From: a virus
Taxonomy: Duplodnaviria; Caudoviricetes
Reading direction: 5' to 3' (one strand)
Virus record (IMG/VR): IMGVR_UViG_3300020047_009529
Coordinates: 2,948 to 66,947 of that record
DNA length: 64,000 nt
The notes beneath the pieces are model-generated. The model made no database searches, was not told the origin of the DNA, and worked only from the letters and a program-made list of their open reading frames with translations. Both the position numbers and the translations under genes were made by a program. Below, piece after piece: positions 1-8,337 of this stretch. Every line of letters begins with the position of its first letter. Position 1 is the first letter of the stretch.

Positions 1-16
1 GCTGCAAGACTAAGTC

Positions 17-53
17 TTAATCCCCACATGGCCTAGTGCTGTGTGGGGATTAA
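17..53. other. Perfect 12-bp inverted repeat (hairpin) at the left edge
   Basis: TTAATCCCCACA (17-28) pairs with TGTGGGGATTAA (42-53), 13-nt loop. Function not determinable. Confidence 0.6.
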
Positions 54-180
54 TTCCTTAGAGCTTTCCCTTAATGCCCTGCTTCGATAAGCACCTTCTA
101 ACTGTCCGTCTGTCTTCCGTCTCTTTGTCGCTACGCTCAGGGGGTGGCAATTTTGCCATAGTCATGTTTGGTGGTAAATC

Positions 181-459
181 GTGGCAACACAACGCAAAGG
201 CGGTTTTAACAACGCAACTAAACCTGCTGACGAATCAGCAATCCTTGGTTATCTCAACATTAGCCTGAAAACAACCCAGGGTGAAAAGCGTATCGGCAAA
301 TTTGGATTGGCTTTGAAAGAGGACGACCCCGTTAGCAAGGCAATCGCCACGAAACTGAAGTCAGGCGAGTGGAGCTTAGCGGACATTGAGTCACGTCTCA
401 TCCTAGCCTTTACTGAGCCGAGCGAAAAGCTTGATGCAGATAGCATCGAGTTGGGCTAA
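181..459 (+). CDS. Conserved early protein of N4-like phages (N4 gp1-like)
   Basis: GYLNISLKTTQGEKRIGKFGLALKEDDP resembles the remembered N4-like first-gene motif GFLNLYLP..DG.RRKLGAIPLK.S.P; acidic C-terminus. GTG start uncertain. Confidence 0.55.
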   Translation: MATQRKGGFNNATKPADESAILGYLNISLKTTQGEKRIGKFGLALKEDDPVSKAIATKLKSGEWSLADIESRLILAFTEPSEKLDADSIELG

Positions 460-600
460 AGCAAAAAGCCCACAGCATTACCGTAAGGTAGTGTTGTGGG
501 TAAGTCCTTACTGATAGGACACAGTAACTATTGGGCTTCTGCCCATTGTGTGCTTATAAGGATTACACAGTAAGTAATCCGCTACGCTTAGGAGTTGGGC

Positions 601-783
601 ATGTTGTTAATGGTTTGTCTGTTATTAGTGGTTGCTTCTGTACTAATTATTATTGTGGGTACTAATCCACAATTAGTTGGTAAACAGTTAGCAGTTTTAG
701 TCTTAGTAATCCTTGGTCTGTGTGGGGGTGCATTGCATTGCACATCCCAATTGAACCAAGAAGCAAAGGAGCAATACCAATGA
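601..783 (+). CDS. Small two-TM membrane protein
   Basis: GGAG RBS just upstream, ATG at 601, two hydrophobic stretches; stop overlaps the next ATG (ATGA coupling). Confidence 0.6.
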   Translation: MLLMVCLLLVVASVLIIIVGTNPQLVGKQLAVLVLVILGLCGGALHCTSQLNQEAKEQYQ

Positions 784-1583
784 TTGATTCATTTAAAGGG
801 CAGTATGCTTGGCTCAGTAATATGGCTTTGTTAGATGAACCTATCAATGATGGGATCACTACCTATGTGTCAGTAGAAAATTACTACCAAGCACATAAAG
901 CAAGTGAAAAGTATTGGCCTGACCAAGTTGATCTTACCCCACAAGAAAGTAAAAAGTGGGGTAAACACTTACCACTCAGGCATGACTGGAATCAAATAAA
1001 AAATGATGTAATGTGGGAAGCATTACAACATAAATTCGGTCAGAAGAAATTTCAAGCATTGTTATTGACTACTGATACTCAAGAATTAGTAGAAGGTAAT
1101 TGGTGGAATGATACCTATTGGGGTGTATGTAAAGGCGTTGGTAAAAATATACTTGGTAAAATGTTGATGCAAATCCGTGAAGGACTGCAAGAACATAAGG
1201 ACATTAATATAAATACTAAATTTAATAAAGATCAAAGTAAGGCAGACATTGCTGATGCATATATTGGTATTGGGGCAATTGGTAGCAGTACCGAAATGTA
1301 TGCACAATACTTTGATAAAGTAAATTCAAAAGAATATGTGCCTTATGAAATTGTATTTGTGAGCATTAATGGTAAACGACCTAATTCAGTAGGTATATCA
1401 CAGTATATAAAGTTATTAGATGCTGCTGTACAACAGCGAGTTGTATTCTGTAGTGATAACCCAAGTAATCGCAATCGTGATTACAACACAGGTGAACGTC
1501 ATTTAGCAGAGTACTACACCCATAATGGCTATACAGAGTATGTGTGTAAACACTACTCACTATGGCTACCACCAACCCATTGA
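780..1583 (+). CDS. NADAR-family (YbiA-like) ADP-ribosyl/N-glycosidase fused to an unnamed C-terminal domain
   Basis: F.G.Y.WLSN, SVENYYQAHK, DW..IK.DVM.EAL..KF, LVEGNWWNDTYWG, GKNILGKMLMQIRE are NADAR hallmarks. Likely start ATG 780 after AAAGGA. Extra ~130 aa C-terminal domain. Confidence 0.9.
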   Translation: MIDSFKGQYAWLSNMALLDEPINDGITTYVSVENYYQAHKASEKYWPDQVDLTPQESKKWGKHLPLRHDWNQIKNDVMWEALQHKFGQKKFQALLLTTDTQELVEGNWWNDTYWGVCKGVGKNILGKMLMQIREGLQEHKDININTKFNKDQSKADIADAYIGIGAIGSSTEMYAQYFDKVNSKEYVPYEIVFVSINGKRPNSVGISQYIKLLDAAVQQRVVFCSDNPSNRNRDYNTGERHLAEYYTHNGYTEYVCKHYSLWLPPTH

Positions 1584-1630
1584 ACCAAGAAAGGCAATGT
1601 AATAGTTGCCTTAATTTATTGGAGTAAACC

Positions 1631-1810
1631 ATGCAACAAGTAATCTGTTCTTTCTGTGGTTCAACTGATGTACAAGTTAAAGAAAGTGGTTTGTATATCC
1701 TACACTTTGAAAGTAAACAGTTAATCGCTGGTTATATTCAAATGTATGTATGTAATGTATGCCATCAGTACACATACAACGATGCAAATCATAAACCATT
1801 AACCGATTAA
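1631..1810 (+). CDS. 59-aa zinc-ribbon protein (CxxC...CxxC), below the ORF-track cutoff
   Basis: GGAG RBS at 1621. Translation MQQVICSFCGSTDVQVKESGLYILHFESKQLIAGYIQMYVCNVCHQYTYNDANHKPLTD. Confidence 0.7.
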   Translation: MQQVICSFCGSTDVQVKESGLYILHFESKQLIAGYIQMYVCNVCHQYTYNDANHKPLTD

Positions 1811-1872
1811 CACTTAGCCTAACATTCTAAGGGATGTTAGTTATAAGTGTTATTAACCCAAGGAGCAAGACA

Positions 1873-2352
1873 ATGTGTGTAGAAAGGTTTCATGAGTTGT
1901 TGAGTGATTTTACAGGTAAATCCACTACAAGATTTATTATCTTGAATAAAGTGAATTACATTGCCTGTAAATCTCAAACACCTAATCATAAAGCTATCCC
2001 AACTGATCCAAGGAGATTGATCATGAGTAAGGCAACCTATGCTGTTGGCTATGACAAAGGCCAATACCACGTATATAAGTATGTGGATGACAGCAAAGAG
2101 TCAATCTATGCGTCTTTCATGTATGAGGATCATTCCAAAGCGATAAAGCTGTGTAGTCAGATGAATAGTCTGAATACTATGGACGAGATTCATGCATATC
2201 TTAAACGCTATGGCTACACCTATGAAGGTGTGATCAATGACCTCACTAAACACGGTTTTACTGAGGATGCTCAGATGTTTAAGCATTGCTTAGACATTCC
2301 TGAGTTTATCAAACAAATCGACTTACATCTGTTAGCAGCATGGTGTAAGTAA
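1873..2352 (+). CDS. Hypothetical early protein
   Basis: Open frame with two AGGAG-preceded in-frame ATGs (1873 and 2023). Confidence 0.6.
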   Translation: MCVERFHELLSDFTGKSTTRFIILNKVNYIACKSQTPNHKAIPTDPRRLIMSKATYAVGYDKGQYHVYKYVDDSKESIYASFMYEDHSKAIKLCSQMNSLNTMDEIHAYLKRYGYTYEGVINDLTKHGFTEDAQMFKHCLDIPEFIKQIDLHLLAAWCK

Positions 2353-2400
2353 TTCGATAAGGGCAGTCAAGCTGCCCTTAATGATTTATAGGAGTTAGGT

Positions 2401-3348
2401 ATGAATACACAGACCTCGTATCAAGTATGGTTAGAGCATGAGTATTGCTCAAAACATCTTGAGAAAGTCATCATGGATGACGTTCGTAATAGTACAGCAT
2501 TTGATGAAATGTGCTTTAAAGCAGCATTTGCATTAGAGTCTTGGTGTAATGAGCCTAGTGCTTATGAATCCAAAGCTCTACGTAAACAGGCATTGCAAGA
2601 CGCATGGGTCATTGATGGTGAATCCATGTGGCATAAGCTTGTAGACCGTATTATTGCAAGTGTAGTACGTGAGCAATACACCACATTAACTAATTTAGTA
2701 ATGATGCACACAGGCATCTCTAAATTAGAGAAGCGTGAAGCAATTGTCCTAGCTGCTGAAGTGATTGCTATTGTCTGTATCAGTAGTGAGCTGTTCAGTA
2801 TCAGTAAGCCAAGGAAACAGTACATGATTGAATCGTGTATTGATCCAAGTAAAGAAGTAGCTGATAAGATTGCTCAGACATGCTACTTACCACCATTGGT
2901 AGCAGAGCCTAAGTTAATCAAAATTAACTTTGATACTGTGTATTACACCTATGAGGGTGAATCACAAATACTTGGTAATAAAGCTAACTACCATAATGAT
3001 TGCATCTCTTTAGATGTAATCAATAAACAAAATAGTGTAGCCCTACAACTTTGCCAAGACTTCATTGATGTTTATGAGGAGCAAGAGCCTGAATTTGAAA
3101 TTGAGTCTAAAGAAGACTTGCTTATGGCAAAGATTCAATGGGAACGGTATCAAGTACAGTGTGCTTACTTCTCTAATTTATTAGTGAATATGGGCAATAA
3201 AATCTATCTTGGTAACAAGGTAGATAAACGAGGTAGATTGTACTCAAGTGGTTATCACATTTCTCCTCAAGGAAACAGCTATCGCAAAGCGGTAGTTGAG
3301 TTCTATGAGGAAGTGATTGTGGAATGTCCACCTGAATACAAGTACTGA
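2401..3348 (+). CDS. RNA polymerase II subunit 1 (N4 gp15-like)
   Basis: YLPPLVAEP and KVDKRGRLYSSGYHISPQGNSYRKA (T7-type DxRGRxY motif); ~315 aa; AGGAG RBS. Confidence 0.92.
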   Translation: MNTQTSYQVWLEHEYCSKHLEKVIMDDVRNSTAFDEMCFKAAFALESWCNEPSAYESKALRKQALQDAWVIDGESMWHKLVDRIIASVVREQYTTLTNLVMMHTGISKLEKREAIVLAAEVIAIVCISSELFSISKPRKQYMIESCIDPSKEVADKIAQTCYLPPLVAEPKLIKINFDTVYYTYEGESQILGNKANYHNDCISLDVINKQNSVALQLCQDFIDVYEEQEPEFEIESKEDLLMAKIQWERYQVQCAYFSNLLVNMGNKIYLGNKVDKRGRLYSSGYHISPQGNSYRKAVVEFYEEVIVECPPEYKY

Positions 3349-3434
3349 GCAAGGACACACGGCACACAAGCGGTACGTTAGTACCGCGCAAGTGTGGGGA
3401 GTGTGTCCGTAGCGATTAATGGGGAGTACATAGA

Positions 3435-3779
3435 ATGATTAAGTATGTTTACATCACTGCTGATTCCTTGGATCAATTAATGCATATACCTATTCAAAAT
3501 AGAATGGTAGGTACATATAAATATTTACTAATTACGTGTAATAAATTTGGAAATAAAGATTGGGAAATAGGTGTTACTACCTCAACATTTACTCCTGATC
3601 AAAATGATCGTGTAATCACATTTGATCAATTACTTTATATTTTAGAACTAAGAGATTCTATTGGTACTAATGCAACTATGAATGTAGTGGAATCTTTAGG
3701 GATTCCATACAATCAAATTGATCCCCTTGTTCAAGTTATGAAGGATTTACAAGATGAAACTTGCTTTCGCCTTTTCTGA
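3435..3779 (+). CDS. Hypothetical protein, probable member of the small-paralog family
   Basis: GGGGAG RBS; C-terminal ITFDQLLYILELRDSIG resembles the array motif. Confidence 0.65.
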   Translation: MIKYVYITADSLDQLMHIPIQNRMVGTYKYLLITCNKFGNKDWEIGVTTSTFTPDQNDRVITFDQLLYILELRDSIGTNATMNVVESLGIPYNQIDPLVQVMKDLQDETCFRLF

Positions 3780-3930
3780 CATCAGTCAAGCACATATAGA
3801 TGAATTATGTATTTATCTATATGGGCATACCTTTTGGGAAGTATCTGCTGATGAATGTAGACATCTTTTACTATTTATTGCAGATATTCAATCATTGTAT
3901 ATTCAACATTGGATGGCACATCATGAATAG
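3754..3930 (+). CDS. 58-aa hypothetical protein (not in ORF track)
   Basis: AAGGA then ATG 3754; fills the gap between neighbours with short overlaps. Confidence 0.4.
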   Translation: MKLAFAFSDISQAHIDELCIYLYGHTFWEVSADECRHLLLFIADIQSLYIQHWMAHHE

Positions 3931-4213
3931 GCGCATAACAGCAATATGTACATTAGAACAATTTGATGATTTAGTAAATAAATTTAAATTACTGAATATG
4001 TTATCTATAAATATTAAAGAAGGTAATACTCAATTTGTTTTAAAAGAATTTGATAGTGGTTTTGCTATATATGGTTATTTTAAACCAACAGAAGGTGATT
4101 GCATAATTAGCTATGAAGAAATGGTATTTATTTTTGAAATGGCCTATGTCGTAGGCTTAGATATTGCCCTCAATGCCCACTTTCCACCAACGCAGAGTGA
4201 TCCCATTCTGTAA
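3923..4213 (+). CDS. Hypothetical protein, probable member of the small-paralog family
   Basis: Likely start ATG 3923 (MNRRI); C-terminal ISYEEMVFIFEMAYVVG. Confidence 0.6.
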   Translation: MNRRITAICTLEQFDDLVNKFKLLNMLSINIKEGNTQFVLKEFDSGFAIYGYFKPTEGDCIISYEEMVFIFEMAYVVGLDIALNAHFPPTQSDPIL

Positions 4214-4253
4214 AGGCTTATGCCGTCATTGAACCAAGCAAAGGAGCTTGATC

Positions 4254-5477
4254 ATGTTTAAACACTATACCCCTTTTGAGTATTTGCTGATTGATATAGC
4301 CAATGCATTTGGCTTAGACAAGCAGGTATTTGAAGATCGTATTGCTTGGGTCAAAAGCAATATTTATAACTTGGAAGCATTCCAAGTAAATGCTGATGAT
4401 CCTGCTTTGTTCTGTAAGGCTGTCTTAGCCTTGCGTAAAGTACAGGCAGGTAAGCCTACAGGTCATCCTATCAGACTTGATGCGGTTTGTTCGGGCATAT
4501 CCATTATGTCAGCAATGGCAGGCTGCATTGATGGTGCAAGAGCTACAGGGCTTATTGATCCTGATAAGCGTAGCGATTGCTACACAGAAGTTACTGATGC
4601 AATGAATCGACTCTTTAAAGAGGATGGTTTATCTGAAGTGACAGTAGCTCGCTCTGATGCTAAAGACGCAGTAATGAAAGGCGTATATGGATCAACAGCA
4701 GTACCTGAAGAGCTATTTGGGGATTTGGTAGATTACTTCTACCGAGCTGCCAATGAAGTAGCTCCTGCTGCTTTTGAGCTGATGCCTGTCTTAGTCGAGT
4801 CTTGGGATAAGCACGCTATGGCTCATGAATGGGTTATGCCTGATGGGCATAGAGTCTTTATTCCTTCATTAGTGAAGGGTGAGACAAGAGTACGCATTGA
4901 TGAGTTGGGAGGTGCAAGTATCACAGTACAATATCGTGAGAATGCACCACTCAATTATAGTCGTGCTAACTGCGCCAATCTTATTCACTCAGTAGATGCA
5001 TTGGTATTACGTAATATGATTCGTCGTTGTTCTTATGACGTTGATCGTGTGAAGTATGTCAGTGATTTATTGACTATGCACATCTTAGTGCCTACGTTCA
5101 GTGGTCAGCATGATGCTGAATTGGAAAAGCTGATTAAGCTGAGCCAAGAAGCAAAGTGGGTTGATCCTTGTATCATTGATTTGATCCATGAGGAGAATCT
5201 ACACATGATCCCTGTTTCTTTGGCTCAAAGCCTTAACAAGCTATTGAGTCAAATGATGGAACATGAAGCTTTTGACTTGATTACTGTACATGACGCATTT
5301 GGTTGCTTACCCACCAATGCAAATCAGATGCGGTACTGGTACAAAGAAATCATGGCTGAATTGGCTGAATCAGATATGATCAATTTCCTTACTAAACAAT
5401 TAGGCATTACTGCCCACTTTGAGAAGTATGGGGACATTGCTGATCTGATTCGTCAAAGCAATTATGGTCTTTGTTAA
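4254..5477 (+). CDS. RNA polymerase II subunit 2 (N4 gp16-like)
   Basis: LDAVCSGISIM (motif A), RSDAKDAVMKGVYGS (motif B), ANLIHSVDA, VHDAF (motif C). Confidence 0.93.
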   Translation: MFKHYTPFEYLLIDIANAFGLDKQVFEDRIAWVKSNIYNLEAFQVNADDPALFCKAVLALRKVQAGKPTGHPIRLDAVCSGISIMSAMAGCIDGARATGLIDPDKRSDCYTEVTDAMNRLFKEDGLSEVTVARSDAKDAVMKGVYGSTAVPEELFGDLVDYFYRAANEVAPAAFELMPVLVESWDKHAMAHEWVMPDGHRVFIPSLVKGETRVRIDELGGASITVQYRENAPLNYSRANCANLIHSVDALVLRNMIRRCSYDVDRVKYVSDLLTMHILVPTFSGQHDAELEKLIKLSQEAKWVDPCIIDLIHEENLHMIPVSLAQSLNKLLSQMMEHEAFDLITVHDAFGCLPTNANQMRYWYKEIMAELAESDMINFLTKQLGITAHFEKYGDIADLIRQSNYGLC

Positions 5478-5487
5478 TATCCACTTT

Positions 5488-5520
5488 GAGTATCCTTCGG
5501 GATACTCTTTTTTTTTTTTT
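5488..5520 (+). terminator. Rho-independent terminator
   Basis: GAGTATCC-TTCG-GGATACTC followed by a long T run. Confidence 0.9.
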
Positions 5521-5534
5521 ATAAGGAATTAATT

Positions 5535-5864
5535 ATGAGTGATTATAGAGTTATAATTAAAGAAGATGATGATGTGGTAAACATTTTAAAAGAATTGATT
5601 AGGATTAAATTAATAACTGGTACAGTTACAAAAGAAATAGGTGAAAACTATTTAATTGTTCGCAGAATAGTTCGACCACATTATCTTAATAGTTATTGGA
5701 TAGATGTTAGAGTTTACTATGCTACTAAAGAATTTACTGAAAAATACAATGACCACATTAGATGTATATTTATTAATAAAGATGATTTACTTTATGCTTT
5801 AAACATGTATTACTTAACACACAATTCAACAATGTTTGATGAGTTATTATCAAAGGAGTATTAA
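5535..5864 (+). CDS. Hypothetical protein, small-paralog array member 1 (divergent)
   Basis: AAGGA RBS; AT-rich; C-terminal INKDDLLYALNMYY. Confidence 0.7.
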   Translation: MSDYRVIIKEDDDVVNILKELIRIKLITGTVTKEIGENYLIVRRIVRPHYLNSYWIDVRVYYATKEFTEKYNDHIRCIFINKDDLLYALNMYYLTHNSTMFDELLSKEY

Positions 5865-5867
5865 ATA

Positions 5868-6164
5868 ATGAATACTTTTGTGATTACACCATACACAGTT
5901 GATATGCATGAATGGCTTATTGAAAATGGTATACCATTTCAAGACGATGAAGAATTTAACATGCCTTACAATAGTATAGGTATAAAATTTTATAGAAATG
6001 GTAAAGTAAGTTATTACTTTCCTAGTTTAGATTTAAATTACAGAATAGTAAAGTGTGTTTTATACAACGATGTTGTAAAGCATTTTATTGAGTTACACCT
6101 GCTAGGTGTATGCATGTATAATTTTGATTTTATGCCTTACCGCTTTAATCTTATCAGGAGTTAG
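5868..6164 (+). CDS. Small-paralog array member 2
   Basis: AAGGAG RBS; VKHFIELHLLGV motif. Confidence 0.75.
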   Translation: MNTFVITPYTVDMHEWLIENGIPFQDDEEFNMPYNSIGIKFYRNGKVSYYFPSLDLNYRIVKCVLYNDVVKHFIELHLLGVCMYNFDFMPYRFNLIRS

Positions 6165-6166
6165 TC

Positions 6167-6454
6167 ATGGCCTATTCACATGTCACAGTAAAGCTTAGTG
6201 ATTCACTAATGCAAAAGTTAGAAGAATTTAAAAATTTAATATACATACCAAGGGATAATAATGTTGAGTATGATTGTATCCTACTTAACTTAGAAACAAG
6301 TGCTTGGTACAAGTCAACAAAGTATAATTATACTATTACAGCATTGATTAGTGAATCTGCATTTTTGTATGTCTTAGACTTGTTAGCGGCAGGTATCCCA
6401 ATTGATCAAGGTTTTTTATTAGACGAAGTAATTAAAGGGGAAAGTAATGGCTAA
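6167..6454 (+). CDS. Small-paralog array member 3
   Basis: AGGAG RBS; AWYKS...FLYVLDLLAAGI. Confidence 0.8.
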   Translation: MAYSHVTVKLSDSLMQKLEEFKNLIYIPRDNNVEYDCILLNLETSAWYKSTKYNYTITALISESAFLYVLDLLAAGIPIDQGFLLDEVIKGESNG

Positions 6455-6737
6455 TAACTTAAAGCATGACGAAATTGCTGTAATTAAGTCAAATGATTTA
6501 ATAAGTAAATTAGAAACTGTACTGGGTAATAGCCCATTTAGAATAATCTTATTTGAAAAATATATTGTAATGAATTTAAAGAGTAACTTTTGGTTTACGT
6601 GTAATCCAAAAGTTACTCCAAACTTAGTAATGCTTGATACAAACCAATTTGAGTATATTCTTGATCTCTATCAAGCAGGTATCGCTTTAAATAGTGGTGT
6701 TATTCAAAATTTTTTGATCCAATGTAAAGGAGAATAA
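6447..6737 (+). CDS. Small-paralog array member 4
   Basis: NFWFT...FEYILDLYQAGI. Confidence 0.8.
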   Translation: MANNLKHDEIAVIKSNDLISKLETVLGNSPFRIILFEKYIVMNLKSNFWFTCNPKVTPNLVMLDTNQFEYILDLYQAGIALNSGVIQNFLIQCKGE

Positions 6738-6739
6738 TT

Positions 6740-7033
6740 ATGGCTATTAGAAGAATACACACAAAAACTACAGGAGATTTGATTACTTATTTACAAAACG
6801 TATTAGGTTATTCTTTTAATAAAGGAGCATCTATTTATGATAATTATATTACCTTTAATTTTATAGCCAATACATGGTTTACTTTAAATACGATAAATGA
6901 GAATATATCCGTAAACGTAAGTCCTGATGATTTTAAATACTTTATTGAATTGCATTCAATAGGCGTTAATGTAACCCGTGAGTTGATATTAGCAACTTTA
7001 GAAGAATTGACTAAGGAGAATAATAATGGGTGA
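6740..7033 (+). CDS. Small-paralog array member 5
   Basis: AAGGAG RBS; NTWFT...FKYFIELHSIGV. Confidence 0.8.
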   Translation: MAIRRIHTKTTGDLITYLQNVLGYSFNKGASIYDNYITFNFIANTWFTLNTINENISVNVSPDDFKYFIELHSIGVNVTRELILATLEELTKENNNG

Positions 7034-7301
7034 TTACATACAAACAGTTAGGACACCTGAATTATTTGACTTTATGATCACAGCTTTAGGTAAAAGCGCA
7101 TACCCACACTATAAAGATGAAAACCTAATCCTGTTTAATTGTATTACACATAATTGGTTTACAAATAAGACCGAGTATTCTACTAATAAGCTATCCCTAA
7201 CTAATGAACAATTTAAATATTTTATGGAACTAAAGACATTAGGAGTAGTCCTAACTGAATCCATAGTATTAACCTATTTGAACCAAGAAAAGAAGGAGTA
7301 A
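7026..7301 (+). CDS. Small-paralog array member 6
   Basis: AAGGAG RBS; HNWFT...FKYFMELKTLGV. Confidence 0.8.
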   Translation: MGDYIQTVRTPELFDFMITALGKSAYPHYKDENLILFNCITHNWFTNKTEYSTNKLSLTNEQFKYFMELKTLGVVLTESIVLTYLNQEKKE

Positions 7302-7305
7302 TGTT

Positions 7306-7599
7306 ATGATTATTAAACCAATCTATTTCATGAATAGTAAACGTATTCGTAAACTGTTAAACAGTAAAGGTTATGCCGTATCCACACATAAAGCAGGTAA
7401 GTCTGCAAGACGTATAAGATTGATTTATGGATTAGACAAAGACTTTACTAACCATAAAAATGATATCGGTTTTTATTATGACTTTAAATCGGATGTATGT
7501 ATCTATGATCCAAAGGATGTAGATTACTTAATAACTATGTGGAATTTTACCCATGATCGTGAATTTATACATAACTTAGCTCAGGGGTTAATGCGATGA
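7306..7599 (+). CDS. Hypothetical protein, possible divergent array member 7
   Basis: AAGGAG RBS; same size class; DVDYLITMWNF in the equivalent position. Confidence 0.65.
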   Translation: MIIKPIYFMNSKRIRKLLNSKGYAVSTHKAGKSARRIRLIYGLDKDFTNHKNDIGFYYDFKSDVCIYDPKDVDYLITMWNFTHDREFIHNLAQGLMR

Positions 7600-7901
7600 A
7601 TGAATCAATGACTATCATCTTTTTGAATACTCAAATTAATATTAGAGTATTATATGATGTATTTGGTTATTACATACATCCCAATACACGTAACTATACT
7701 CATTTTACTTTAACGCTTAGTTTTGGTGATGTTATTAAACTAGGTTTTATTAAGAATCAGCATGAGTTATTAGAATTTATGAAGTTTAACCCATCTGTTC
7801 ATTTTGACAATGCAAACTATTATTAGCAATTGATTGCATTAGGTTTAACTCCTCATGCAGCTTTTAAAGCTTATTTTATACAAGCTTCAAGCTTTGTCTA
7901 A
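7596..7901 (+). pseudogene. Last array member, interrupted by an in-frame TAG at 7824-7826
   Basis: Frame continues after TAG as QLIALGLTPHAAFKAYFIQASSFV*; NYY*QLIALGL aligns with the paralog motif KYFIELHSIGV. Confidence 0.55.
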
Positions 7902-8007
7902 CGCGGTCTTTCGACCGCTACTTGAGTCTTTGACTTCCTGTGTGAGTACATTCTCCCTTGGCTCACACAGGCTTCATTTAGGGGGATCATGATGTTGGAG
8001 AATGATC

Positions 8008-8337
8008 ATGGCAAAAGAGCCTGTTGTATTGCGTAGTATCTTGGCGGATGTAAAACGCTTGTGGGACACAGATGAAAAAGATCGCCCTACCATGGCTGAA
8101 TTGGCTACACATCTCGATGTGGGTGCTACTACGATTCGTCGTGCATTGACTGAATTGGGCTTTAAAAAGCCATGTACATTTCACAAGACTGAAGCTGAAA
8201 AGCGTGACCTCTCTCTTCTTGAGTCTTTTGATGTACACAGCGACGAACTGAAAGAAGCCCTCAAAATGTACAAGTACCTCAAGTCTCGTGGTGCTTCATC
8301 GCTTGGCTCAATTGAAGGCCGTATCAGCATTTTCTGA
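8008..8337 (+). CDS. Helix-turn-helix DNA-binding protein
   Basis: PTMAELATHLDVGATTIRRALTELG; GGAG RBS; first gene of the middle operon. Confidence 0.75.
   Translation: MAKEPVVLRSILADVKRLWDTDEKDRPTMAELATHLDVGATTIRRALTELGFKKPCTFHKTEAEKRDLSLLESFDVHSDELKEALKMYKYLKSRGASSLGSIEGRISIF

Noticed and set aside
6-18. AAGAC-TAA-GTCTT triloop hairpin as an N4-type vRNAP promoter
   Set aside because: The template-strand loop is TTA, lacking the central purine needed in N4 promoters, and a 5-bp stem is easily found by chance.
720-779. N-terminal extensions in the ORF track (e.g. 720, 3800, 8347, 25970, 26716, 33556, 24209)
   Set aside because: Downstream ATGs have clear RBSs and match domain starts; the extensions overlap upstream genes or terminators.
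5508-5520. Long T homopolymers (also near 63407-63417) as phase-variation sites
   Set aside because: Both are intergenic and follow stems; terminator tails are the simpler explanation.
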